A DNA stretch of 64,000 nucleotides from Octopus sinensis (Eukaryota). Numbering within the stretch: position 1 is the first letter of the stretch; every line of letters begins with the position of its first letter. This document shows positions 42,001 through 56,036 of this stretch, in pieces. The translations under genes were made by a program, and so were the position numbers. The stretch lies in NCBI RefSeq assembly GCF_006345805.1, contig NC_042999.1, positions 170,562,001-170,626,000 of the forward strand, given 5' to 3'. A model generated the notes under the pieces. That model was not told where the DNA came from and ran no database searches. It saw nothing but the letters and a program-made list of their open reading frames with translations.

Positions 42001-45000
42001 GGTTTGTGGTTTAAAATTTCACGCATATGGTCATAGAATTTAGTACAGAAATTCGTTGTCAACCACAGTCATCTTAGAAATTTCTAGAACAATATAATCT
42101 ACAAAACTACTAAATGTTTGTTGTATAATATAAATTTTGTACAACTAAAAAGTGCTTTTCTCTAACATCTCTAATAGATAAAGCGATCATTCATGTATAG
42201 ATTTTACCTAAGTTTTGATCAAGCTGATCCACTATATTTTAATTCGTCACACCAGAATAATTTGGTGCAGTAGAGCGTCTGTTTTTCAGATATAATGAGA
42301 AATGGTCAGTAAAATTTAGCCGCTAAAGACTTTCCATACGAATTCGTTAATGTGCAACGGAGCATCAGATTGCTACACTTTTTATAATCAAACAGAACAT
42401 ACAGTTTCAGAGATTTATAACACTAGACTATATGATGGCAAAGAACTTTTGCAAACCAATTCATCAATTAACTTACTAATGATCTAATTAACTGATAATA
42501 CAATTGAAGTTAAATAGATTTCAATATTATTTTTTTCTAGTTTCTCTACACAAAATGTTTGATCTCGTGCTTATATAAGAAATCAATTTTGCTATTGATT
42601 TTCTTTCAGATACGTTGTATGTTGAATATATTTGGAGTAATGTTATTCCTGAGATTAACCTGGATTACTGCTCAAGCAGGGATTGGATTATCGTTTGTGA
42701 TCATTCTACTTTCTTCCCTTGTCACAAGCATCACTTCTATATCAATGTCAGCGATCTGTACAAATGGAGAAGTAAGAGGCGGTATGTTTTACTTTAATGT
42801 TTTTTTTTCTCCTATAGTCACATGACCTGAAATTTTGGTGGACGGGGCTTGTCAATTACATCGATGCCTGTGATTCACTGGTACTTATTTTATGGACCCG
42901 AAACAATAAAAGATAAAGTTAACCTCAGCAGAATCTAAACCCAGAATGTATAGCCAAAAGAAATGCCGCTAACTCTTTTGCCCGGTGTGCTAACGATTCT
43001 GCCTGTTCTTCGCTCTTTTTCTCTTTTTATCATAATTTTAGGTACATTTTATTTTAATTATTTATTTGATTTTATTTTTATCTTCTAGTCATGAAAGAAA
43101 GTATTGTTCATCAAACTTTACAGGAATCCAAGATTAGTGGAGCAGTTTTCCACTGTGAGCAAACTTGCCTGGCAGAGTAGATTCTTATTTTGATACAGAC
43201 ACAATATTTTGCTGCTTTGATTACGTTTAGATTTAACTCCAGTCACTGGGGGAAACTCTATATATGCAACATGCTTTGATGACTGATCAAAAGAGTCTGG
43301 AGATTTAAAATCTAACAGATGTATATTTTACTTGTTTCAATCATTGAAATGCGGCCATGCTAGAGCACCACTTTGTAGGGCTTGGTCGAATAAATAGAGT
43401 CCCAGTTGTCAGGTACTTATTCTATCACTCTGTATTGCCGAACTGCTAAGTTACGGAGACGTAAAAAACCACCACCAATGGTCAAGCGACAGCAGGGGAA
43501 CAAACACCTTCGCATGCGCCCCCACTCCATGCACACTCATACATATATACGATGAGATTCCACACAGTTTTCGTCTAGCAAATTCACTTACATGGCATTG
43601 GTCGGTCTGGATCTATAGAAGACACTTGCTCAAGGTGTCGTACAGTAGGACTGAAACCGAAACCACGATTTTGCAAAGCGAGCTTCTAAAGCACACAGCC
43701 CTACATGCACCTAGCACAGATCCAGTGGAGCCTGTCAAACATTGTACTGAATGCTCTGAAAACAAATGATTTATGCTGGCCTTTTAAAGTGGATATCCAA
43801 TCTATTTCTATCCTTTTAATATTATTTTTCTTTTAAACAGTGTATTTGATATAGAAACCCAAAACTTAAATGCCATTTTATTTTGCATTACTTAGGTGGG
43901 GCCTATTATATGATATCTCGTAGTCTTGGTCCAGAATTTGGCGGTGCTATTGGCGTTATATTTGCTTTGGCTAATGCTATTGCAGCGGCAATGTACATCG
44001 TTGGCTTCGCAGAAACGGTACAAATTCAAATGGAGGTAAGTTTGAAGCATTTTCTTGAAATCGCTCACTATGTCAATATTCATTTGGTTATTCTGATATT
44101 TAACATTTAAGGTTTTAAATGATCATAGGCCATGATTGTAAATATATAAGCATGAGTATATGCTAACAATCTGTTTACTATTAATTTTTTTAATGATAAA
44201 CCATTGTACTTACACAACAAACATTGCCTGAATATGAAGGCGCGTCACTTAGTGGTTAGTGTATTCGGTTCACAATCGAAATATCGTGAGTTCGATTCAC
44301 GTTGGTGCGTGGTGTCTTTGAGTTAGCCATTTTATTCCACTCGGCTGGCAAAAACGAGTTGCGCCTGTAATTCAAAGAGGAAACCATGTGCCACCCTGAA
44401 TCTACCCAAGAACTACGCTAAGGGTTGCGCGCGCGCGCGGGGTGCTCAGCCAATTGTATGTTAATTTCATGAGCGTGCTGTTCGGTTGATTGGATCAACT
44501 GGAACCCTCGTCGTCGTAACCGACGGAGTGCCACTTATTGCCTGCATGCTGTTGAATTTCGTGATGAGAATTTGTTGTATCTTGCTAAAAGGAAGAGAAA
44601 CGAGTTAAATAAGAGAACGCAAAACTATAAGCAATTTAGAAAAGTGAGTGGAAGGTGCTCTCTCGGCAAGAACATGTTCTGGCGGACTTAAGGAATATGG
44701 ACCGCACCCACTTTCGTTTATTTTTATTTATTTATTATTTCTTTTACAGAATAACCCATTTTCGAGTACGGAGATTCTGATTCTGCAAAAAACAAAAAAG
44801 AAAAAAAACGGCATCTTAAAATTTTAATTTTCCCCCAAATTCTTCAATTTTCTAAAAAAAAAAAAATTCTGAAAAAAGTGAAAATTGAAGATTAAAATTT
44901 TAAGATGCCTTTTTTTGCTTTTGTTTTTGCAGAATCAGAATCTCCGTACTCGAAAATGGGGGATTCTGTAAAAAAAACACAACAACAAAAACCAACAAAA

Positions 45001-48000
45001 CAAAACGAAAGTGGGTGAGGTCCGTTCTCTACGTCCGCCCATGTAAACGCATTTGCTTTGAATTGACTTTGTTTAGCTTATTCTTTTATTCGTTTTAGTC
45101 ATTATGACTGCGGTCATGCTGGAGCACCGCTTTGAATGTTTTTTTTTTTAGTCGAACAAATCTACTATAGCCCGAGGCTATAGTAGAAGACACTTGCCCA
45201 AGGTTCCACGCAGTGGGACTGAACCCAGGACCATGTATTTGGGAAGCAAGCTTCTTACCACACGGCTGCTTAGCACAAAGCTACTCCTGCGCCTAATATA
45301 TTAGAATTGTTTTAGCCAACGTTGAGTTAATCTTTCTCTGTTTTACCGTTTGTTGTTATGGAACCGCTGCTGTGCTGCGACTCCTTCTTCAAGATTTTTT
45401 TTTTAGACGATCACTTTCACTTTATCGAATCGATATGTTATGAAACACGGATAGATATTAATACGGACTTCCTGATATATACACATACGCACATATATGA
45501 TGGGGTTCCGTACAGTTTCCATCTCGAAATTCCATTCATAAGTCATTGACCAACCAGAGGCTACAGTAGAAAACACTTCCCTAAGATGCCACGCATTGAA
45601 ATTGAACATGGAACGGGGTAACTGCGGAGAGAATTTCTTAACTCTACTCCCAGTGTGTCTCCTATTATGTCAGGTCTTGTGAGCAAATTTGGTGGACGGA
45701 AACTAACAAAACCTGTCGTGTTCGTGTCTCCTCGTCTTGAAATCGTACAGTAATTGCAAATGGTAAGAAAGGTATCCAGCAATTAAAATCTCATCGAAGA
45801 TTTGACATGCACAACAAAAACGATCAATTATTAGTGTGCTGGATGAGTAAGAAGCGCAACAAGTGGCGAGACGGCAAGACCCGTCCGAGCTGCGCCAGTC
45901 AAGAAAAATTGATGACAAAATTGTGATGCTGAAAAGTAACCTACTTATGACTGCCTCTACTGTAGTGTTCCTGCTTAAATAAAATCTCTAAATTTATTTC
46001 ATAACTAGCAGTATCGCCCGGCGTTGCTCGGGTTTGTAAGGGAAATAACTATATAAGCATTTTTAGAGAGTTACTTCCCTTATAGATGCCAATTCGGGCT
46101 TTCTTAGCCATTTCTGTTTTGGTGTCTTCAAGCCATGAAGTCGTTGTTCTAAAAGAACGCTGGTCTCCTTGACAACGCTTTACGACGTTGATTTCTTTAC
46201 ACTCCCTTCCCCACAGCTTCACGAGGGAGGGAAGAAAGGGGAGAAGCAAACACAGGTGCAGGTGTTTGAGCGTGGACGCCAACTCCGCCGCCATCGACAC
46301 ACGAAAAATTATGCATTAAAATGGAATAAAAAATGATCTTAAATTATTTTTAAAATCGTAGACTCATCGTAGACGCGCGCTAATAGGCAGACGGGCTCGA
46401 TATGAATCACGACTATAAGATACCCGAATTTGGTTAAACTGCACCGCAAAATGTGGGAGGAGTTAGGAATCTAAATCGAAGGGGACAGACACTCACACAA
46501 CTACAGTTTTATATATATAGATATTCTCTATTACAGAAGCATGACTTATTTATAACTGGTGTGGCGGAGAACGAAGTACGAATCATTGGGATTGTCACAA
46601 GCTTTGTCCTCTTGGCGATCATTTTCATTGGAATGGCTTGGGAATCAAAGGTAAGCTTCAGGAAACCAAACTTCCCACAAGTGACTTTGCAGAATCATGA
46701 ATGAATGTAGTAATATTGTCATAAATCATTTTATTAACACCTGAATTTTTATTTCTCTCTTTATTGGAATCCAGGCGCAAATATTTCTATTGGGAATTCT
46801 TTGTGTTGCTATTCTCAATTATTTTGTGGGTACATTCCTTCCAGTCACCGAAGATCGTAGACGTGAAGGTTTCATCGGCTATAACGGTAAGTCTCCCGAT
46901 AATGTGTTAAGACTTTTACAAGCATTAAATCTTTCATCTTAATTATTATGAGCACCATTAAAAATTTCTCCCTCTGTTGTGTTTAACATTATCAATTTTT
47001 TTTAATATTGTCAATTTTCATATTAATTTTTCTTCTAAATTCTAACTGATGATTTTTTTTAAAAATTGATTTTATTTCAGTATCAATATTGATCGATAAC
47101 TTTCTGCCAGACTTCCGAGGAGAATCATTTTTTAGTGTCTTCTCCATTTATTTTCCTTCAGCAACAGGTATTTTAGCCGGTGCTAATATCTCTGGAGATC
47201 TTAAGGTATATTATTGTTTCTTTTATCTTATACTTGTTTTAATAATTAAACTGCGGCCATGCTGGGGCACCGCCTTGGATTTTTAGTCGAAATTACAGGG
47301 ACGCAAACACACCATTATCGGTTGTTAAGCGGTGCAGACAGACAGACAGACACGCACACACACATCTATATGACGGGATTCTTTCAGTTTCTGACTACCA
47401 AATTCACCCACAAGGCTCTGGTCGGCCCGAGGTGCCATTATTTTATGTTTCTAAAAACACTTTTGAAATCCTTCAATATCCTGGTGATTCTATCTTATAA
47501 TTTCCTTGCTGTTCGTCGATGCTAACAATTTAACAAACATGTTATCTTGAAAAAGTAGAAAGAAAGAGTTTCCGAGTTTCAACTATTTTGTTCTTTAAAT
47601 AAAAAGGGTTTTTATTGGTATTTTCTTTTTTCTTCTACCTGCTTGAGTCATTGGATCACGACCAAGTTGGGGCACCAGTTATAAGTGTTTAGTCGAATAA
47701 ATCGATCCCAGTACTTGTACTTTATAGAAGCTTGGTACTTTTTCTATCGCTTTCTTTTTGTCGAACTGCTAAGTTGTGGGAACGAAACAATCCAGTGGCT
47801 TTTGTTAAAAGAAAATACAAGCGGATCAGTTAATTATGATTTTATTCAACATATTCTCCTCTCAGATTCACACAGTTATTACAGCGGTCCTTCGGTTTTT
47901 CTAAGCTCTGCAAAAGAACTCAGAAGGTTGGGTCTCCAACCAGGCATTTCACGATACCCTGAAAACCAGAAACTTTTCAGCACTCTCCGTACATGCATGT

Positions 48001-49438
48001 GTATGTGTGTGTGCAACATATATGTATGTATAAATAAGCGTAGGTATGGCCACGTGGTTAAGAAATTCGTTTTCCAACCACGTAGTATCAGGTTTAGTCT
48101 CGCTTCGCTGTGCCATGGACAAGTCTGTTCTACTACAGCTCCAGACAGATCAAAGTCTTGCGAGTGGACTTAATAAGCGGAAACTCGAAGAAACCGCGTG
48201 TATGTGTGTGTGTGTTTGAGGCTACTTGTCCTGAAATTGCGTTAGTTTCCAGTCTTCTGAGAAGACATGTCTGTACACGGATAAATGCTAAGTTACTTGA
48301 AAACAGGTGCGAGCTGGTAGCAGGAAGGCCGTCCTGATATAGGAAATCTGTCTCAACGAACTTCGCCTAACCCATGCAAGCATGTAAAAATAGAAGCTAA
48401 AACGATGATATATAAGCCTATACATATATACTCTTTTAATTGTCTCAGTCATTTGGCTGTGGCCATGCATGAGCACCGCCTTTAGTCGAGCAAATCGACC
48501 CCAGGACTTATTCTTTGTAAGCCTAGTACTTATTCTATCGGTCTCTTTTGCCGAACCGCTAAGTTACAGGGGACGTAAGCACACCAGCATCGGTTGTCAA
48601 GCGATGTTGGGGGGACAAACACAGACACACAAACATACACACACATATACATATATACGATGGGCTTCTTTCAGTTTCCGTTCACCAAATTCACTCACAA
48701 GGCTTTGGTCGGCCCGAGGCTATAGGAGAAGGCACTTGCCACGCAGTGAGACTGAACCCGGAACCATGTGGCTGGTAACCAAGCTACTTACCACACAGCC
48801 TATATATATATATATATATATATATACATACATACATATTAGAGGGAAACCACTATGTGGACACCATTATGCTAGAAATAGATCCGCTATGGTCTTACCA
48901 CTTACAAATGTCCCCAAGAAAAATTTAGCAAAACAACTGAAACGTAATCGAGCAAGACAAAAGAAAAAAACAACAATAAAATATGTATAGCTTGGCGGTA
49001 ATTTAGCGCGCCAAAACGAGAACATTTGAAATAGTAGCAACGAGTGTAATGGGTAGGACTGTTTTACAAGTTTGAATTTGTGCGGACGTCTGAGTATGCA
49101 GTCTTGCAAATTATATTCATCTAGACGGTCGCACCGGTGATCTACGGACATTTATGGTAATAGTGAAACATGTATGCGAATAATCCATATTTTTATTGCT
49201 TTTTCTTTTGTCTTGCTCGATTACGTTTCGGTTGTTTTGCTAAATTTTTCTTAAGAACATTTCTTAGTGGTAAGACCATAGCGGATCTATTTCTAGCATA
49301 AGTGTCCACATAGTGGTTTCCCTCTAATATGTATATAATACAATTTTACTGAACCTTCAGTTTTTTTTTTATATGCTAGACCACTGGTGTGAAACCGATG
49401 TTAATTAAATTAATATCTAATTTCTCACCCTCATTTTA

Positions 49439-49477
<39 letters not shown>

Positions 49478-52400
49478 CATGTATCTATGTACTAACGATG
49501 ATGATATTGATGATGATGATGATATAATCTTTTTGTAGAATCCTCAAACAGCCATTCCAAAAGGAACATTTCTGTCTATTGCTGTTACAACCTCGCTTTA
49601 TGCGATGATTTGTTTTACTGGTGGATTTACAATGATGAGAGAGGTCTTTATTCCGAGTGTAACTGATCTTAATAGTACCCTGCTGAACGAAACTTCTTTA
49701 AGCTACCCTATAGTGTCAGAGACCTCACCAGCATGCCAGCTGTACACCTGCAGAAAAGGTGGATTACATCACGATAACATGGTAGGTTGATACTCGTTTT
49801 TCTTATACTATGTTTTCAAACCAATTATTTTGGGATATATTAAATGAAAGCAGCATTTTATGAGATTTTACTGGAATTATATTTAATGACTAGCAGCATA
49901 GCCCAGCGTTGCCCGGTATGTAAGAGCCCCTAGTAGGCAACGACTATCCCAATGTAGTCCTTTCCTCCAGGGAACGAAGGTGCATGTGGACGTTGCAATG
50001 TCTTGTCTTCACTGGAATACTTCTGTATATACGATGTTCCTAGCTGTCCGTTTGGGCGAAACATGAAAACATCATTGCGCCTCCCAACGCGTGAACAGCC
50101 CACGTAGAGTTGACCGTGGGCGAAGCACTGTTCGCCCAATGTAACCCAGCGACTTGTAGCGTTTGGCCTTGGGATTTATTGATGGACATTGCGAAGCAGA
50201 GTTTAACAGGAAACTGAGAACGCCTGAATTGGATTGGTAGGTCAGCGCCCGACGGTTGAAGGTGCATCCGTGGAATGAAGACGCCCTCTCCTTCCCACAA
50301 CCGGTAAGTATTGTGGCCGTTATTAAATGTGGTGCCAAATGTTTCACAACCAAACGTGTGCCGCTGCACTGTTTAGGTGGAACCAAATTCCTGATGAGCA
50401 TAATGGGCGCACCGACTTTTAACTTCAGGATGTGTGGTGGCAGGCCTGGCGGTTCAAGTGAATTCAGGAATTCAACAGGATAATCGGCAAGCTGGGCGGG
50501 GTCTGCTGTCCTATCTATAGATTTGTAGACGTGGACATCACCAGGAATAGCTTCAAGTAGCTGATATTGATGGAGTTGACGGTTGTATTTTTGGGTGCGA
50601 GAATAGCTCTGCCTGCCAGCCATATCAGGTCGCGTAAATTGTGATGACTGGGAGTCATCCTCTAGAAGGCCAAGTCTCATACATGCTTCCCTGAAGGTGT
50701 CGCACAGAACCCCATTGACGGTACGTATATTGGCGAAACCTGTTGGACCAGTGACCTCATGTAGAAGGAGACGGAGGTAGAAGCATTCTTGCTGGTTTGG
50801 CGGGATTTTGTAAACTCGACCCAGGCAGGAGTCAAACTTGACGCCTGGGAAGCTTTCGACGTTTTTGCCGGATTTCCGTCGAACCCAGGTGTTTTTAGAC
50901 CACACGAAGTACGATGGGACCTGTGGGTACAAAAGCGTTCGAGCGAAGTCATCACGTTGGCATAATTTGAAGAAACCAGTCAACGTTGTGTCTTTAGGGC
51001 TGGTGGCTATTTGCTCTGTGAAGTAAATCCGCTGTCCATTTTCCAAGTGTACAGCAAGCTGCACCACAGCCGGGTGTCTCTGATGGAGCGGGAAGCCGTA
51101 AATGCGCCAAGACGCTTCGTTGCTGCTGAGGTACCGGCCAGCCAAGTAGTTGGACACTTCGTCGCGACTGGTGGTCCTCTGGATGCTGAACATGGCAGCA
51201 TCGCTGCCTTTGTTGATATATTTGCAGACATATTGTATTGACCTGATGGAGCTGCAGAACTCAACGTTGACGTGGGCTTTGAATATCTTCGACAGGAGAG
51301 GATAGTAGGGGACAATATAGCTGTTGTCCACTTGATGTCGCCCAACCGTAATCGTGCGGCCTCCATTGGCTGGACTCCTTCGTTTGTACAGCGGATACCC
51401 ATCGCCGCCTGTTTGAGTCTCCAAAGTGAACCGTTTAGGGAATCCCTTTGAGCAGGCTAATCCGTTTTTGTAGCATGGTGTGTTGGCGTAATTTGGTCCA
51501 CAGGGCCCGTGTACCATGGTAGTGCGGACAATTTCGTAGAGTCCGGGGTCCTCATCGGGGTCAGGAATCTCGGCGGAAATGAATTTGTCAATGTCATTAG
51601 TCTTGATTTTATGAGTGAGCCAAATTAAGATGTGAGCATGTGGCAAGCCCCTCTTTTGCCACTCGACCGAAAACATGTGGCACCTGACATGCCCGAAAAT
51701 CTGACCCTTAACTATCAAATCCTTCATTTTGCCCAAATTCAGACGGAAAACCCTAGCAACGATGTCGTGTCGATGGGTGTGAGATTGACCCGGGAGGAGT
51801 TCGCGAGTGATTTCGTCGCAGCTGGGATTGCACGTGTAGGTGATAAAGAGGTCCGGCCGGCCGTAAATGCGCACGTAGGTCAAGGCGTCTTGGGTCCTTT
51901 CACGCATATATCGCGGTCCTCCCGTGAAGGTGGGGTAGAATGCATGGCTTGCCGATGTTGCGAGGGTCATTTTCTTGTTGCAAACCGTCACGGAGATGAA
52001 TGTAGGAGTCGGAGCGAAGTTTGGTCTGATTAAGTTTAATTGTATAGCAGCCTTTCCGATTCCATTTTTGCGGCCATGTCGACGGCGAACTGGTTGAATA
52101 GCTGACGACAACGGGGCAATAAGTTGAACTCACCCTCCCTGACCATGAACCGGTATGAGTAGAACGCCCTGCAGGAAACAGTCTTTGATGCCGCAGTAGT
52201 TTGATTGGAGGGCTGCCGTAAAGGAATTCCGAAGTGGTAGCCGTCTTCCCCATAAGGGAAAAGCAATGGATACTGAGCGCGTCATAAGATCTGTGAGTCT
52301 CGCTGATCCTGTGTAGGTTGTTACCACGGGAGGAGATGATTATGTCACGGCTGTTGTGTTGCTCTCCGTGTATGACTGCGGCAATTTCGTTGCACGCAGG

Positions 52401-55400
52401 TGCGTTGAAACGGCGTTCGTGCTCCCCGTGGGGTCGTTTATCAGCATCAATGACAACGGTGAAGTTTGAAGATGGAGCACTGTCCAAGGCATATCTGAAG
52501 CTGCAGACGTAGCTGTTGATATCATGAAGCATGGTTTGGAGACGGAGAAGAATGTCTTTGCGGGGAACATAGCTTGTACCCGGTATTATTCCAAGGTGTG
52601 CATCAACCTGGTGGTTGTAGTCGGCAATGAAGTATATTTGGAGGAAAGAAGACTGCTGAATCTCGTCTGGCAGAAGTGACCCAATAAGATGGTAGACCTG
52701 TCCCTGCACTTTGAAAGTAGGCATCCAGCCTTCTCTGGGAGGAATTTTGGCCCCGAAAGAGGTAATTTGGAATGAGCAGTTGTACTTTCGAATTATTTCA
52801 AGGAATTGTGAGGAATCGGGGGTTAAACCCGCCGCGAGATCCTTCAGTGTTTGAGGTGGTTCCCGTAGGGGTGGCAGGTCCACTTTGCCACCAGAGCAGC
52901 ACAAACCAGGTGGCTCTCCGGGCCATTTCTTGGCTTTGCAAAACTGGCATACAATTGTCATTGACCCTATCTTGATGTCGTCACGCAAGGAGAAGTTAAT
53001 TGTGGCGTCGTAGTTGAATGCTAGTGACAACCAGAAAGCGGGGGCAGGGGTACGTACACCACGAATGATATCCCGACGTTTGTTGATACTCTCAAGTCGA
53101 GTGCACCGTGCCTCAGCAGATTCAGATGCACGTGCGACAGCGGTAGCAGTGGCATCCCTTGAAAGCCTTTCAGCTCTCGCCTCAACACCCTCTGAAGCCC
53201 TAGCAGAAGCAGTGTTAATGGCATGTCTGGATGTCCGAATAGTCCGTTGGTGTGGAGTTTCGGCAGATCGAGCCCTGGCTGTGTTTGCGGCGTTAGCAGC
53301 TTGGCGAGCTCTCCTCTGTTGAGGTGTTTCGGCAGCTTTGGCCATGGCTTTGTTTGCGGCGTCAGCATCTTGGCGAGTTCTCCTCTGCTGTGATGTTTCG
53401 ACAGATCGTGTCCTGGCGGTGCTAGTGGCGTTAGCCGCATTCCAAATGGCCCTTTGTTCGGGGTTCTCGCGAGCTCTGCGGATGGAAGCACAGTAAGAAG
53501 CCCGCATGTTTTGGCTGGACTGTTGCTCTTTCGTCAACCCGAGCGGAGGGAAGATCTGTACGCTGCGACCCTTGCAAGTCGGGTAGAACGGTCGCTAGTA
53601 GTTTCAGATGCCTGAGCAGCGGCATAACGGGAAGCTGTTTGCGAGAGGCGCAAGGCGGTTTCCTCGTGGGTCTCGCGTGCCCTTCTAGCCCTGGCAGCCG
53701 ATGCCTTGGCCGTCCGAGGGCTGAGGAGGGTCCTTCTCTTTTTGGGTGGCATTTTGGTGGATAGCAATGTGTTTGGCAAAGGTGTAATAAAAAGGAACAC
53801 GTGGGGTAAGTATTTTGGTGGATAGCAATGTGTTTGGTAAAGGTGTAATAAAAAGGAGCTCGTGGGGTAAGTATCAGAAAATGTATAAAAATGTACAAAA
53901 ACGGCCAAAAAGCTGGCAGCAATGTGAGTGACAACAACGAAAAGTCAAAAGTGATCAAAATGAACAAACGAAAGGAAAAGTTTTTTGATGCACACGACAA
54001 AAGTGGTTTCTAATAAACCAAGAGTTTGCAAGTAGCGTCCGAGGACCGTTAGGGTACGTCAAAAATTGAAGGTAAAACGTTTGGGGTGGTAGTTATAAAG
54101 AAAGTTTAAACAAAAAAAGTATTCGAATAACTTGCGGCTGCAGCAGCTATAGCAGAAGTGGCGGTGTTGGGGGTAAGTCTCGAATGTAATTTCTTCCTGT
54201 AGGAATTGGTTGGATCGAACTATCGATAGCTAAAAAGGTCAAGTTGCGTCCCCTAGACAGTCTGGTTTGTGTTTAATACACAAATTTGTTTGCTATGTGT
54301 GCCACATATGATTAAATTAACCGATTTTTTCCAATAATGTATCCTATTGGAATAAAAAGGGCTATATAGCTCCTTGGAGCAGACATGATGCTCGTTGTGA
54401 AAAAAAAAAAGATTCCTGCCAATTTGTGAAAGATATTGTCGAAAATATGTCATCTTGAATTTGAACGCGATTTCCCAAAATGGCATGATTTTATCGATTG
54501 TTTCTGATGGTAAGGTATTGCATGGAAAACTAACGTCAGAATTAAGTTTCTTAGGGTAACATTAAGCTTCACCATGAGTTTGGTGAAAATCGATTGCAAG
54601 TTGTGAAAACTACCATAGATAATGCGTTGCATAAAAAAAGCTTAGATTCTCGAGTTGCGTCCCCTAGACAGTCTGTGGTTCATGTTAATGATTCTCGACC
54701 CCATGTCGAATTTATCAATTTTTTTCAGAACTGGGGGAACTTTTCAAAATTTTCGCTGCGTTAGTTTTGAATTATGACATTGGGCTATGTGTGTGTCAAG
54801 TTTCATCAGAATCGGTTGAAAGCCGTGGTCAGGGTGAGGGTACGAGAAAACAGACACACAGAAGCACGCACAGACAAACTGCCGTTTATATATAGAGAGA
54901 AGATATTAGACTGTTTTCCTCGTCGCTAAGTGAGCACAGTAGCTTCGAGTTGATGAAGCTTGTACGCGTTCGCCCAGCCTAGAAAAAATGAAATCGCTCT
55001 CAAATTGCGTTCTATCGCCTGAAGCAATGCAACCTTCAATATATAAAGATGTTATGGTCGCTTGCTCTATGGAAGTTGATTGGTGGCAAAGCTCAGCTTT
55101 ACTTTTAGCTTTCTTTCTTTTTCTTACTCTCTAGCTTTACAGTTCTATATTTAAGAGATGAGGAATTATGTGCATTATTTACATTAGATGGATATTTGTC
55201 CTCATCTTGTTAACACAACGTTTCGTCTCATATACACTCCAGCCTTCATCAGGTGTCTTGGGGAAATTTCGAACCTGGGTTCTCATCATTATTATTACGG
55301 TCACTGCCTGGAATCGAACTGGAATCGAACTCAGAATCTTGGGGTTAGTAAGCCCGTACTCTTAACCATTACGCCATATTCCCGTGGGCAATTATAGACT

Positions 55401-55926
55401 GAATTTTAAGGGCTTATAAATCTAATATTTCTCTATCCTTCCTAATTACCGGTTCCCACATGCTGCTCATATCTGCACTCGGTCTGCTTAGGAGGTTGTT
55501 GTGTCCTAGCATATGTGCTGCTTCTTTTAGTTTTCGTATTTTCCAGTAGTGTTTTCTGTCTATTATTTTAACTTCATCCCATAGGGGGAGGTGGTCTCCA
55601 TTTTTTCCATACATGATCAGCTATACCCAATTTATCAACATCTTGTGTCACAGCTTTGCGGTGTTCGTCTACCCTTGTTTTGAGGGGGTGTCATGTTTCG
55701 ACTTTGTATAACTTACCACAACTACATGGGATGGAGTACATGCAGTCTTTGGTCATATTCTCTTCTATTGGTGGTTTTACTCAAAGGAGATATTTGCAAA
55801 GTGTTTTATTACTCTTGAATACTGTCCTGATGTCATATGGGCCGCTTATCTTTTGTATCTTTTCAGAGAGGCCTTTCACATAGGGTAGACAGCTTATTGG
55901 TTTCATCCTCTCTTTTCTACATTTCT

Positions 55927-55993
<67 letters not shown>

Positions 55994-55995
55994 AG

Positions 55996-56036
<41 letters not shown>

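Noticed and set aside
53014-54000. Overlapping or antisense ORFs 53014-53322, 53021-53491, 53431-54000
   Set aside because: Alternative frames of the GC-richer, frameshifted Helitron N-terminus
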